Assembly (NCBI GenBank): GCA_013177815.1
Contig: JABLXM010000001.1
Span: 15,380-79,379 of the forward strand
Direction of reading: 5' to 3'
Length of the DNA: 64,000 bases
Origin: Anaerolineae bacterium
GTDB lineage: Bacteria; Chloroflexota; Anaerolineae; Anaerolineales; Anaerolineaceae
Shown here: piece after piece, positions 32,704 through 42,554 of the stretch
Layout: every line of letters starts with the position of its first letter
Position numbering within the stretch: position 1 is the first letter of the stretch
Made by a program: the position numbers and the translations under genes
Notes under the pieces: model-generated
What the model was told of the DNA's origin: nothing
The model's input: only the letters and a program-made list of their open reading frames with translations
Databases searched by the model: none

Positions 32704-34227
32704 ATGCTGATCGGACGTCGCCTGGCTTCCGCAACGCCACCCAACAGGGCGGTCTTATTTTCCATTCTCCTAAGCGCCTACCTGATCAGTTACATGGTGA
32801 TACTGGCTAAGAATATCGATATCCCATACCTGTGGTACGACGAAGCGGGGCAATTTTGGATTGCCAAGGGGTTGAACCACGATTCAGACCCCCTGCAAGA
32901 TCCCGGCTCCCTTATGGATGTGATCTGGAACAACGCCCACTACAACATGGACCCTGGGGGGTTCGGCATTCTTTTGCATTTTTGGACCAAACTATCCAAT
33001 TCCTACCTCTGGTTGCGGTTTCTGCCTTTCCTGTTCATGTTCCTGACCAGTGAAACCTTCATCGAGCTTGCATTCCAATGGACCGATAATTCCCTCATAG
33101 CAATCGCGATGGGCTTTCTCCCGCTCCTTCATTTTGAGTTCCTCGATATGGGCTTCGAGATTCGCGCCTACAGCATGGAATATCTAGGGGTCGCCATAGG
33201 CATATATAGCATTTTCGCATTATCCAGGAAACTTTCACCAGGCAGGTTGCTGCTCGCGGGATGCATCATGGGGATATTCATGACATCGCGGTATGCAATC
33301 TCCGTTGTTTACTTCTTCACGGGGTTATACGTCCTGTTCCTGATCATCAAAGATAACGCCAATACAGCATACCGCATCAGGTCGCTCATGGCATACGTCC
33401 TGCCGCAATGCGCCTCGCTCGCCCTTTCGTATATCTTCGCCTTACGAATCCAAAACCCTGGATTGGAAAAAATGGGCTATCTGCCTTACCTGAGCGAGAA
33501 CTGGCGACTTTTAGTATCCCCCACCAACCACGCGGGCTATCTGCTCGCCATCCTGGTGATGGCATTCATCCTAGTCCTCAATCAAAGGATCTTCCACGGC
33601 GTATTCCATAAATACCAGCCATTACTGTTTGTGGCTGTTTCGAGCAATTTTGGTTTCATGATCTTATCGTTCGCGGGAAAATACCCCTGGGACCCCTTCT
33701 TGCGAGGCGGGCAGGTCTACTACATCCTGATCCTGTTGTGCGTTGCTGCAATCCTCGGAGAGCTGTTCAAACTGGCGTTCAACCTGCCCGAAGCGGCTGC
33801 GGCTGCCGTGTTGATATCCGCTTTAGCGCTTTCGATGTACCTCGTCAGGAAAAACTTTACCATCAGGCAAACGATCGATAACAGCACCACCTTTTTCACT
33901 TGCCTGGAAAGTCTCGATTTTTCCGCCTATGACCGGATTTTCGTGGACCGGTTGGAATCGCCCAAGGTCAGGTACCTGTTCGAGTATGGCGAGCTTGCCA
34001 GCCAATGGGACGACGCCTACCCGGAAAACTTCACCTTCGCCAAAAGTTTGCCACACAATCAGCTCTTGTTTAATTATCACGAGGTCATCGAGGAGCAGCC
34101 CTACATGAACGATCTGATGACATATGACCTGCTGATCACAACGGAGTTATACAGGCGCGGGCAGAATGATAATTGGGTCGCGCTCAAAGACTGCGACCAA
34201 TTGGCGTTCGTGCCGCGATCAGAGTAG
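32704..34227 (+). CDS. Polytopic membrane protein, ArnT/PMT (GT-C, GT39/83)-like glycosyltransferase
   Basis: 507 aa with about 11 TM segments. An acidic first-loop motif (LWYDEAGQFW) resembles the DE motif of GT-C enzymes. The C-terminal domain is soluble. GC is noticeably lower than in the neighbours. Confidence 0.45.
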   Translation: MLIGRRLASATPPNRAVLFSILLSAYLISYMVILAKNIDIPYLWYDEAGQFWIAKGLNHDSDPLQDPGSLMDVIWNNAHYNMDPGGFGILLHFWTKLSNSYLWLRFLPFLFMFLTSETFIELAFQWTDNSLIAIAMGFLPLLHFEFLDMGFEIRAYSMEYLGVAIGIYSIFALSRKLSPGRLLLAGCIMGIFMTSRYAISVVYFFTGLYVLFLIIKDNANTAYRIRSLMAYVLPQCASLALSYIFALRIQNPGLEKMGYLPYLSENWRLLVSPTNHAGYLLAILVMAFILVLNQRIFHGVFHKYQPLLFVAVSSNFGFMILSFAGKYPWDPFLRGGQVYYILILLCVAAILGELFKLAFNLPEAAAAAVLISALALSMYLVRKNFTIRQTIDNSTTFFTCLESLDFSAYDRIFVDRLESPKVRYLFEYGELASQWDDAYPENFTFAKSLPHNQLLFNYHEVIEEQPYMNDLMTYDLLITTELYRRGQNDNWVALKDCDQLAFVPRSE

Positions 34228-34283
34228 ACGGAAATAAAATCACCAAGCGCCGAAAACCCAGGCGCCTGCACCAACATCATAGG

Positions 34284-34323
34284 GGCGCCCGGGGCCGGTC
34301 TCACCAGCCCAACCCCGGGCGCC
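34284..34323. terminator. GC-rich hairpin between convergent genes
   Basis: ggcgcccgggg (34284-34294) pairs perfectly with ccccgggcgcc (34313-34323) across an 18-nt loop. There is no clear U tract. Confidence 0.3.
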
Positions 34324-34336
34324 AACTGGTCGGATA

Positions 34337-35338
34337 CTACGGCACAAAGTTCAGTGGCTGGTAGAAGGTATTGTTGCTCTCGTTGCTCTCCGCAACCGTG
34401 TTGCCTACATCCACTTTGACCATAGCCCGCAAGCCGTCGGCATAGATGGAAGCATACTGCATATCGCATTCCAGAATACGCCCACCCTTGGCGTTGGTGG
34501 ATGGAACGTCCCATTCGCAACTGTGATTGGCGAAAGTCTCCAACCCCCAAAACCGTACTGTATAGGCGCCGGCGGCGGCAGTTCCCTGGTTGTAGACCCC
34601 CAGCCGGACGTGGATGGGCACATCGTCATCGATAGGGTTGCCGTAGTTGATCTGGAATTCGCTCACATACAGGTCCGGGAACAAGGGTTCCGGCGGTGGG
34701 GGCAACGTCGGCGTAATGGCTTTGATCTGCACATAGAACGGCACGTTGCCAGCCCCAACGCCGAAGACGATGCCATCGCTGGATTTGATGCGGTAGTTGC
34801 CTTTGTAGGTGCCGGCGGAACCGGGCGCTTTCATGTTGACCGAGACATCGACCGTGGCGCCGGGCGCCACCGAGCCGGCTGTCAACTGCGTTTCCGCCGG
34901 GGCGCTCATCTGGTCGCCGCTATCGAAGATGATCTTGTAGCCCGATGTCCAGGTGCACGAGCCGGTGTTTTGCAAACGCCAGGTCTTGGTGAAGTTGGCG
35001 TTGATGACAATCTCGGAATCATCCGGGATGGTCACATCCGAAACGAACGCCGCCCGGTTGCAAGGAATGGGCGTGTTGGTGAAGGTCAATACCGGGGTGG
35101 ACGTGACCGTCGGCACGGGCGTTTCGGTGTTCGTGGCGGTCACTGTGGGCGTTTCGGTGACTGCCAAGGTCGAGGTTGCCGTACCGGCAGTGGCAGCAGC
35201 TTTGGTCAGTTCCGCTTCCACCGTCTGCGCTACTGCCGTTTCCGAACCCACAGAACCGGCGCCGGGGAAATTGCATGCCAGCGGCAACATCAGAATCACA
35301 ATCAGGGCAAACAAGATGCCGGGACTTTTGAATTTCAT
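34337..35338 (-). CDS. Secreted lipoprotein with Thr/Pro linker, NBR1-like (Nbr1_FW) and CARDB-like domains
   Basis: I chose the ATG at 35338 (MKFKSPGILFALIVILMLPLAC, lipobox). FTKTWRLQNTGSCTW is the NBR1_FW signature. The C-terminal PDLYVSEF...YNQGTAAAGAY.. is CARDB-like. Confidence 0.6.
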   Translation of the reverse strand: MKFKSPGILFALIVILMLPLACNFPGAGSVGSETAVAQTVEAELTKAAATAGTATSTLAVTETPTVTATNTETPVPTVTSTPVLTFTNTPIPCNRAAFVSDVTIPDDSEIVINANFTKTWRLQNTGSCTWTSGYKIIFDSGDQMSAPAETQLTAGSVAPGATVDVSVNMKAPGSAGTYKGNYRIKSSDGIVFGVGAGNVPFYVQIKAITPTLPPPPEPLFPDLYVSEFQINYGNPIDDDVPIHVRLGVYNQGTAAAGAYTVRFWGLETFANHSCEWDVPSTNAKGGRILECDMQYASIYADGLRAMVKVDVGNTVAESNESNNTFYQPLNFVP

Positions 35339-35475
35339 GGGATCCTCCTTTGGATAGGTAGAACGACATGATGTGATCAATGATTTAACCCATCATACAT
35401 CATTTTGATCCTGATAATGCCACTAATTTTTTTGCGAGTTGCGGAGCCTGCTCCCCCTACTGTAAGAAGTGTCGT

Positions 35476-37620
35476 TCAGTCTTCACGCTGACACGGGCAT
35501 GGCTGATCACTCTGCGACCACAAGGAAATTTGCCCCCGGTAAACCTGTTTGGTGTGGTAGAGCGCCTGGTCGGCGCGAAGGAAGAGTTTCTCCAACGTTT
35601 CCCCCTCCAACTGCAATTCTGCCACGCCCTGGCTGATGCTGACGTGCACCATCTGACCGCGGATGTTCAACTCGACGGCTGCCGCCGCCTCCCTCAACTT
35701 ATGGGCGACTATACAGGCGCCTTGTTCATTGGTCTCGGGCAGCAGGATGGCGAACTCCTCACCGCCGTAGCGCGCCAGGATATCGACCTGGCGCAGATTG
35801 GCAGCCAGGGCAGCAGCCAGGCGCCTCAACATTTGATCGCCCGCTTGATGACCATAGGTATCATTGACCTGTTTGAACAGGTCGATATCGGCAATGATCA
35901 GGCTGAGTGGGTGCTGGTGTTTAAGGGCGCGTTTCAATTCCCGCTCACCGGCTTCATAGAAGTAGCGCTGGTTGTACAGCCCGGTTAGTGGATCGGTGAT
36001 CGCCAGGCGCTGCACCTCCGTAAACAGGCGCGCCTTTTCGATGGCAATACTGACCTCGCCGGCGAAAGCCTGCACCAGCCGGGCATCCTCTGGGGTGAAA
36101 AAGCCCACCTCGTGATGGTCGATGGTCATCAAGCCGATGGTCTGCCCGCCACTGATGAGCGGCACGCCGATCCAGCCGTGGGTGTGGCTGACGCCGCCCC
36201 AGGCGTTGAAACGTTCATCCGCCAGGGCATCTGCCAGGATGATGGCGTCGCCGCTGCTCATGACCAGGTTGGAAAGTTCATCGTCCATCGGGAAGATATG
36301 GTCCAGCAAGGCAGCCTGCTGGGCGAAACCGCGCGCCGCCACGATGCGTATGCCAACCTCCTCGCTGAGGAAGATGGCAGCGCTGTCATACGGAACCACC
36401 CGGCGCAGATTCACCAGGATACGGTCGAGCACTTCGTCCAAATGCAACGCTGAAGCTACCGCAGAGGATGCCTGCCGCAACAGTTCCGCTTGCTCGGCTC
36501 GGCGGATCACATCGGCATAGAGATTGGCATTCTGCAACGCCAGCGCTGCCTGCCCGGCAAACGCCGAAAGCCATTCGGCATGGTCGGATGTGTAATAACC
36601 GACATCCATCTTGTCCACCGAGATGAAGCCCACCACATCGTTGGCGATCACCACCGGCGCCCCCAACCACGAGCGAATATGTCGCCCGGCGTCGACCCAC
36701 TGCCAGGAGGGATCCTGGGTGGTGTCAGGCACCAGGTAGGGCTGGCGGGTCTTTGCCATGACGCTCAGGTTAGGGGTCTCGCTCAACTGGAAGGTCAACT
36801 GCTCCACATTGTGTTGTAAATCGGAGCCCAGTTGATCATAGCCGCGGCTGGAGACGATCCTCACCTGCTCGCCCTCCACCAACATAAACGTGGCAGTATC
36901 ATACGGAACGATGGTGTAAGCTTGTTCCAGCACCATGGCAAGCACCTGGTTGAGTTCCAGCGTGCCGGTCAGTTTGATGCCCACCTGGTGAAGCAGATAT
37001 GCCAGGTGCTTCTGTTGGCGCTCGGCTTCGTAGCGCTCGCTGATGCTGTTGAAGATGGTACGGCGCTCCTCAGCAGCGCCCACCAGGCGAGCAGTGGTGA
37101 CCAACGCCTCCACCTCATCATCCGCCCAGACGTGTTCACGATGGCAGTCCTCCAGCCCGATATAGCCCCACCAATCGCCATCCACAAAGATGGGCGCCAC
37201 CAGCATCGAACAAACCTGCGCGGCTTCCATCATGCCGTTTTCGGGTTGTGGGGCTTTACTGGCAACAGCCAGCACGGTTTTGCCTCGCCGCAGGCGCACT
37301 ATCCAGCGGTTAGAGTTCGCCAACCAGTGTCCGAAATTGTCGGCGCCGCTATTTTTGCGGGGGCGCGGAGCCTGTCCATCATGCCACTGGATCGTGCGTC
37401 CGGTCACCTGTACGCGGTCATGATGTTGCGAATTCTGGCGCAGGTAAGCCCGGCTGACGCCGGTAGCCTGCCCCAACACCGATAGGACGCGTTTGATCTC
37501 GAGACGCCAATCATTGACGCTCAAGAACCTCTCAGCCGCCGTGGCGACGGCTTGGAGAATGGTGGGACGCGCCGCTTGTTTATCACCGACAGGCGACACT
37601 GAAACTGATTGCCTTGGCAT
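35476..37620 (-). CDS. Multi-GAF diguanylate cyclase (GGDEF)
   Basis: 714 aa with several GAF-like segments followed by DPLTGLYNQRYF...RYGGEEFAILL (GGEEF active site). Confidence 0.85.
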   Translation of the reverse strand: MPRQSVSVSPVGDKQAARPTILQAVATAAERFLSVNDWRLEIKRVLSVLGQATGVSRAYLRQNSQHHDRVQVTGRTIQWHDGQAPRPRKNSGADNFGHWLANSNRWIVRLRRGKTVLAVASKAPQPENGMMEAAQVCSMLVAPIFVDGDWWGYIGLEDCHREHVWADDEVEALVTTARLVGAAEERRTIFNSISERYEAERQQKHLAYLLHQVGIKLTGTLELNQVLAMVLEQAYTIVPYDTATFMLVEGEQVRIVSSRGYDQLGSDLQHNVEQLTFQLSETPNLSVMAKTRQPYLVPDTTQDPSWQWVDAGRHIRSWLGAPVVIANDVVGFISVDKMDVGYYTSDHAEWLSAFAGQAALALQNANLYADVIRRAEQAELLRQASSAVASALHLDEVLDRILVNLRRVVPYDSAAIFLSEEVGIRIVAARGFAQQAALLDHIFPMDDELSNLVMSSGDAIILADALADERFNAWGGVSHTHGWIGVPLISGGQTIGLMTIDHHEVGFFTPEDARLVQAFAGEVSIAIEKARLFTEVQRLAITDPLTGLYNQRYFYEAGERELKRALKHQHPLSLIIADIDLFKQVNDTYGHQAGDQMLRRLAAALAANLRQVDILARYGGEEFAILLPETNEQGACIVAHKLREAAAAVELNIRGQMVHVSISQGVAELQLEGETLEKLFLRADQALYHTKQVYRGQISLWSQSDQPCPCQRED

Positions 37621-38046
37621 GATGGTTACCAGTAAAGCACCCTTGTAATCAACTTAATTGATTATAAATCAGCCAGCCGCCAGAGCGCCTGACAGTGCTG
37701 TAAAGTATGGGATGAATGACCGAATGACCGGATGACAAGATCATTAGATGATTGGAAAATTAGTTGTAAGTCAATGAGAAAAAAGAAGGGCAAATGACCA
37801 TGTCAATAGCCTGCCTGCATCACCGCTATTCCGACGAGCTCGATTTCTTCGTCAATGAGGATTACCGGTTCAGCTTATGAGCGGAGTGCGTTACCAGCGT
37901 CCTGCGCAATTCGCAAGAATGGGCGACTGCATCTTCCTGCAGGAACTTGACGCGAACGCCATCTTGGCAGGGCGAGGCATGACTCACCCGATCAGCCCCG
38001 CCCCTCCAATCGCCGGACGATCACGCAGCATCTTTTCTTTCACATC

Positions 38047-39771
38047 TCAATTCCACATGGCATCCAGCTCAGCCTCGGGCACGTCGAAGACCGTGCCGCG
38101 CGGGGACAAGACTTCGGTCATGAAGTACGCCGGCAGACGATCGTCCGCCGCCGTCATACCCGCTGCCCGGTTGAAGTCCCGCTCCATGCGGATAACCTTC
38201 AGCCCGGTGATGTCGAGCCAGTCATCCGGCAGGTCTGCATTGTAGGCGCTGCGCAGCATGTTCAATAAAAATTCCGGCTGGCGCCCGGCGGCGCTGATGT
38301 TGAACACACACAGCCCCAACGAGTCATATGCAGCGCGCTGGATCTGGGTGGCGCGCGAGGCTGCCACCGCCGTCGAGGCATCGGTGTGCTCCACCGGCGA
38401 GTACAGCGTCAGCCCGGCAGTGTGGTCGGCGCCCTGCGGTGTGGTGCAGTAAGTCACGCCGGTGCCTTTGATCACGCGCGGGTCATACGCCGAGAGCGCC
38501 TGCCCTTTGACCGCCGGTACATGTCTGGCACCCAACGCCGCGCCGGTCGCCACCACGCCATTGCCCACCAACTCTCCCAGCGGTCCACCGGTGTAGATCT
38601 CTGCCAGCACGGCAGCGGCACGTTTGCCATCGCCGAAACGCGGCAGGTCCATCTGATCATAAGGCGGCGGGGCACTGCCTTCGGCAGCCACTTCCATCAT
38701 CACCCCCAACGCCGCGCCTACGTCGATGGTATCCAGCCCGAGATCGTTGCACAGCCGGTTGAGTTCCGCGATTTCATCGAGAGAATCCAATCCGAGGTTG
38801 GAACCGCACAGTCCCAGCGTCTCGAATTCGATCGGACCCGCCGCCAGCGTGCCATCCGGCTTGGGAAACAGGTTGCTGCACTGGATGACGCAGCCGCTCA
38901 TGCAGGCTTCGGTGGGTGTACCCACCCCGCCGCGCGCCAGCGTCAACTCACGCATGGTTTCGCCCGAGATGGACTCGACTCCCTCGAAGCTTCCCTCGCT
39001 GTAGTTGCGCGTTGGCAGCCCGCCCAGTTTTTGCACCGGCATCACGGTTGAGGCGGTGCCAAAGGCACGCATCGTCACCACGCGTTCATTGGTGGCGACA
39101 AGTTTATTGAATTCAGCAACGCGGGATCTGGCATCTTTGCCTTCATTGAGGTTTTGACGACCAATGCGCTCGACCAGCACCGCCTTGAGCCCCTTGGCGC
39201 CCATCACCGCGCCCAGCCCGCCACGCGCCGCCAGGCGGAAAGGGTTGTCATTGGCATCGGTCACCGCGATGCCAGCGGCTTTCATTTTCTTTTCGCCGGC
39301 AGGACCGATGGAGACACAGACAAATTGCTCGCCGAAGCGCTGACGTAAACCCAGGTCAGCCTCGTTGTTCGGCATGCCCCAGAAGGGGCTGGCATCCTCC
39401 AGCCGCACACCATTCTCGTCCAGCACCGCCACAGCGGGCTTTCCCGCCGGGCACGCGCCGGTGAATACCAGCGCACGATAGCCCAGCGCCGCCAGGCTAT
39501 CCCCCGCCATGCCACCTGCGTTGGCTTCCTTGATGCCGCCCGTGAGGGGCGACTTTGCCCCCACCGAAAGCCGCCCGCCGGTAGAGACCCGCCTGCCCGC
39601 CAGCGCGCCACAAGCCAGTACCAGCACATTGCCGGCGCCCAGCGGGTCGGTCTTGGGATCAACCAAGTCGCTCACCAGGGTCGAAGTCAACCAACGCCCG
39701 CCCATCAGCGGGTCGGGCAACGCACGTTCACTGGTCTTCCCAGTAGTCAAATCGATCATCAATATTTTCAT
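38047..39771 (-). CDS. Aldehyde:ferredoxin oxidoreductase family (tungstopterin) enzyme
   Basis: 574 aa. The N-terminus MKILMIDLTTGK...GGRWLTS...LSVGAKSPLTGGIKEANAGG is typical of AFOR_N, followed by a C-terminal AFOR_C-like region. Confidence 0.85.
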   Translation of the reverse strand: MKILMIDLTTGKTSERALPDPLMGGRWLTSTLVSDLVDPKTDPLGAGNVLVLACGALAGRRVSTGGRLSVGAKSPLTGGIKEANAGGMAGDSLAALGYRALVFTGACPAGKPAVAVLDENGVRLEDASPFWGMPNNEADLGLRQRFGEQFVCVSIGPAGEKKMKAAGIAVTDANDNPFRLAARGGLGAVMGAKGLKAVLVERIGRQNLNEGKDARSRVAEFNKLVATNERVVTMRAFGTASTVMPVQKLGGLPTRNYSEGSFEGVESISGETMRELTLARGGVGTPTEACMSGCVIQCSNLFPKPDGTLAAGPIEFETLGLCGSNLGLDSLDEIAELNRLCNDLGLDTIDVGAALGVMMEVAAEGSAPPPYDQMDLPRFGDGKRAAAVLAEIYTGGPLGELVGNGVVATGAALGARHVPAVKGQALSAYDPRVIKGTGVTYCTTPQGADHTAGLTLYSPVEHTDASTAVAASRATQIQRAAYDSLGLCVFNISAAGRQPEFLLNMLRSAYNADLPDDWLDITGLKVIRMERDFNRAAGMTAADDRLPAYFMTEVLSPRGTVFDVPEAELDAMWN

Positions 39772-39847
39772 GTTGTCATTCCTTGCCGTACCACAAACTC
39801 CATCCGCAGCGAGCCAGCGCCAAACGCAGTCATATCATATCCTGATC

Positions 39848-41344
39848 TCAGGGTTTGGTAGAGACCCAGACCGCTTTCACCTCCGTCACCGCATCGATGA
39901 CGGTCTTGCTATTGTCGCGCCCGTAACCGCTCTGCTTGAAACCGCCAAACGGCACGTTGGCAGAGAACATATCGTAAGTATTGACCCACACCACACCGGC
40001 TTTGATCTGGTGCGCCACGCGGTGGACGCGCGCGGCGTTGGTGGTCCACAACCCGGCTGCCAGACCGTAAGTGGTGGCATTGGCGCGCTGCACCAATTCC
40101 TCTTCCGTGTCGAAGGCATAGACGTTCACCACCGGTCCGAAGATCTCCTCTTTCGATATCTTGGCGTCATCGGCGACGTTGGTGAAGATGGTCGGCGGCA
40201 GGTAGTAGCCGCCTTCCGGCACTGCGGGGGGCGAGAGCCGCTCGCCGCCAAATTTCAGCGTGGCGCCGGAGTCGATCCCGTCCTTGATGTAGCTGGTGAT
40301 GGTGTTGAACTGCGCCGGATCGACCACCGGACCCATCACGGTCTCCAGGTCCATCGCATTGCCGATGCGCACCTTCGCCGCCATGTCCAGCAGCCCATTG
40401 AGGACTGCATCGTAGACCGGGCGCTGCACGAACAGCCGGCAGCCGGCGACGCAGCTTTGACCCGTGTGCCCGAAAGCAGCGTTGAACGCCCCCGGGACGG
40501 CTTTCTCCAAGTCGGCATCCTCGAAGATGCAGTTTGGCGCTTTGCTGCCCAGTTCCAGCGTGATACGTTTGATGTTGACGGCAGAATTGCGGATGATCTG
40601 CTTGCCCACCTCGGTCGATCCGGTAATCTGCACCTTATCGATGTGCGGGTGTGAGGAAAGCGCCTCGCCCACCAGCCTGCCGGGACCGGTGATGATGTTC
40701 AGCGCACCTTCCGGCAGACCTGCTTCCAACCCCAGTTCGCCCAGGCGCAGGGCTGCCAGCGAGGTGACCGAGGCGGGCTTGAGGATGACGGCGTTGCCGC
40801 ACGCCAGCGCCGGACCCGCCTTCTGGGTAAAGTGAATCAAGGGGTAGTTCCAGGGAATGATGATGGCGATCACGCCCACCGGTTCGCGGCGGGTATACAC
40901 AAACAGGTCAGGGATCGAGACGGGGGTGGTCTCGCCCTGCACCCGGCTGGGCGCACCCGCCCAGTGGTGCATATTGCCCGCTGAAGCTTTCGCGTCGATG
41001 AAGCGGGTGTGGTGAATCGGTTTGCCGTTATCGAGCGATTCCAGTTGCGCCAACTCCTCGCCGTGCTCCTCTATCAAAGCGGCGAAGCGCCGCAGGATGC
41101 GTTCGCGCTCGGCGGGCGCCATGGTTGCCCATTTGCCGTCGGCGGCTTTGCGGGCGGCTTCCACCGCACGGTTGACGTCCTCGACCTCGCCGCTATAGAT
41201 CTGTGCCAGCGTGCTGCCGTCCGATGAATTGATCGCCGGGAAGGTCTTGCCAGAAACAGAAGCCACCTGTTGCCCGCCGATGATCATTTTGATGGGGCTT
41301 TGCTTCAAGAAAGCCTCAACGCCGGGGTGAACTTTTTCCAACAT
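39848..41344 (-). CDS. NAD(P)-dependent aldehyde dehydrogenase
   Basis: 498 aa with ELGSKAPNCIF (the ELGGK site) and GHTGQSCVAGCR (catalytic Cys). Confidence 0.9.
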   Translation of the reverse strand: MLEKVHPGVEAFLKQSPIKMIIGGQQVASVSGKTFPAINSSDGSTLAQIYSGEVEDVNRAVEAARKAADGKWATMAPAERERILRRFAALIEEHGEELAQLESLDNGKPIHHTRFIDAKASAGNMHHWAGAPSRVQGETTPVSIPDLFVYTRREPVGVIAIIIPWNYPLIHFTQKAGPALACGNAVILKPASVTSLAALRLGELGLEAGLPEGALNIITGPGRLVGEALSSHPHIDKVQITGSTEVGKQIIRNSAVNIKRITLELGSKAPNCIFEDADLEKAVPGAFNAAFGHTGQSCVAGCRLFVQRPVYDAVLNGLLDMAAKVRIGNAMDLETVMGPVVDPAQFNTITSYIKDGIDSGATLKFGGERLSPPAVPEGGYYLPPTIFTNVADDAKISKEEIFGPVVNVYAFDTEEELVQRANATTYGLAAGLWTTNAARVHRVAHQIKAGVVWVNTYDMFSANVPFGGFKQSGYGRDNSKTVIDAVTEVKAVWVSTKP

Positions 41345-41405
41345 TCCATATTCTCCTTTTAATTAGATGATTTCTCGATCTTCGTTTCAATCAATCGGGT
41401 TCACA

Positions 41406-42542
41406 CTACAGCCCGGCGGTCAATATCGCGGCGCAGTCATCCGCCGTGGCGGCGCGCACATTGTTGCCGATCATCGCCATGCGGGTGGCGCCTTCGGCGA
41501 TAGCCTGGATATCGGCTTGCTTCAAGCCTACTTCACCCAGGCGGGTCGGCAAACCCAGCGTCTCAAGAAACATGATCATCACGTTCTTCAGGTCGCCCGG
41601 GTGCGCGCTATCCGGCAGATCCAGCGCAAGCGAGAGCGCATACCAGCGCTCCGGCGAGATGGCGGGGGCGTCAAAGTCCAGCGTGTAAGGCAACAGCACC
41701 GCCACCCCCAGCCCGTGGTGCAGGTGGTAAGCGCCTGCCAGTGGACCGCAAATGGCATGCACCAGCCCCAACCCGGACTGATCGAAAGCGATGCCTGCCA
41801 TGGTAGCGGCTTTCGCCATCTGCTGGCGCGCCTCCAGGTTGCTGCCGTTGGCAGTGGCTTCCGGCAGCCAGGTACGCACCATGCGAATGGCTTCCAGCGC
41901 GTACAGGTCGGTGAATGGACTGGCGCGCTTGCCCAGGAAGGCTTCGATGGCGTGTACCATCACATCCATGCCGGTGGCAGCCGTCAGGTTGGCAGGCAAC
42001 GAGAGCATCAGCGAGCCATCCACAATGGCTGTCCTGGCAAAGACGAACGGGTGCAGCAAGCCTTTCTTGAAGCCTTTGCGGTCGCCGATCACGGTGACTT
42101 TGGTGACCTCCGAGCCGGTGCCGGCGGTGGTGGGGATGCACACCACCGGGAAGGGCGGGTTGGTGACCGGGACGCGTCCCCACTGCAAGTCCTCATAGTC
42201 AACGCCGGGGTGCGAGAGCATGATGCCGGCTGCCTTGGCTGTATCCAGCACCGAGCCCCCGCCCAGCCCCACCACCCAGCGGCAGCCCATCTTCATCCCG
42301 GCTTCAACCGCCGGCAGGACGTCCTCCAGGTTGGGGTTGCCCGGCACATCGTCATGCAGCACCACCCGGGCGCCGCTTTCCTTCAATTGGGTCAGAAACG
42401 GTTCGGCGATTCCGGCTTTGACAAGACCTTTATCTGTGATAAACAACACCGGCTCGGCGGGTTTATCCAGCACAGCCATCAAGTCATCCACAGCCTTGTC
42501 CGAGAAGATAACCTTGGTGGGTAAATAGAACGTGTAAGACAT
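41406..42542 (-). CDS. Iron-containing (group III) alcohol dehydrogenase
   Basis: 378 aa with VVGLGGGSVLDTAKA and conserved His clusters (VHAICGPLAGAYHLHHG). Confidence 0.85.
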   Translation of the reverse strand: MSYTFYLPTKVIFSDKAVDDLMAVLDKPAEPVLFITDKGLVKAGIAEPFLTQLKESGARVVLHDDVPGNPNLEDVLPAVEAGMKMGCRWVVGLGGGSVLDTAKAAGIMLSHPGVDYEDLQWGRVPVTNPPFPVVCIPTTAGTGSEVTKVTVIGDRKGFKKGLLHPFVFARTAIVDGSLMLSLPANLTAATGMDVMVHAIEAFLGKRASPFTDLYALEAIRMVRTWLPEATANGSNLEARQQMAKAATMAGIAFDQSGLGLVHAICGPLAGAYHLHHGLGVAVLLPYTLDFDAPAISPERWYALSLALDLPDSAHPGDLKNVMIMFLETLGLPTRLGEVGLKQADIQAIAEGATRMAMIGNNVRAATADDCAAILTAGL

Positions 42543-42554
42543 GGTTGCTCCTTT

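Noticed and set aside
37877-38245. 122-aa plus-strand ORF spanning the AOR 3' end
   Set aside because: It overlaps the AOR gene antisense and the relic region, and has no motifs or RBS. The small 28-codon ORF at about 37799-37885 (MTMSIACLHHRYSDELDFFVNEDYRFSL) is likewise unsupported.
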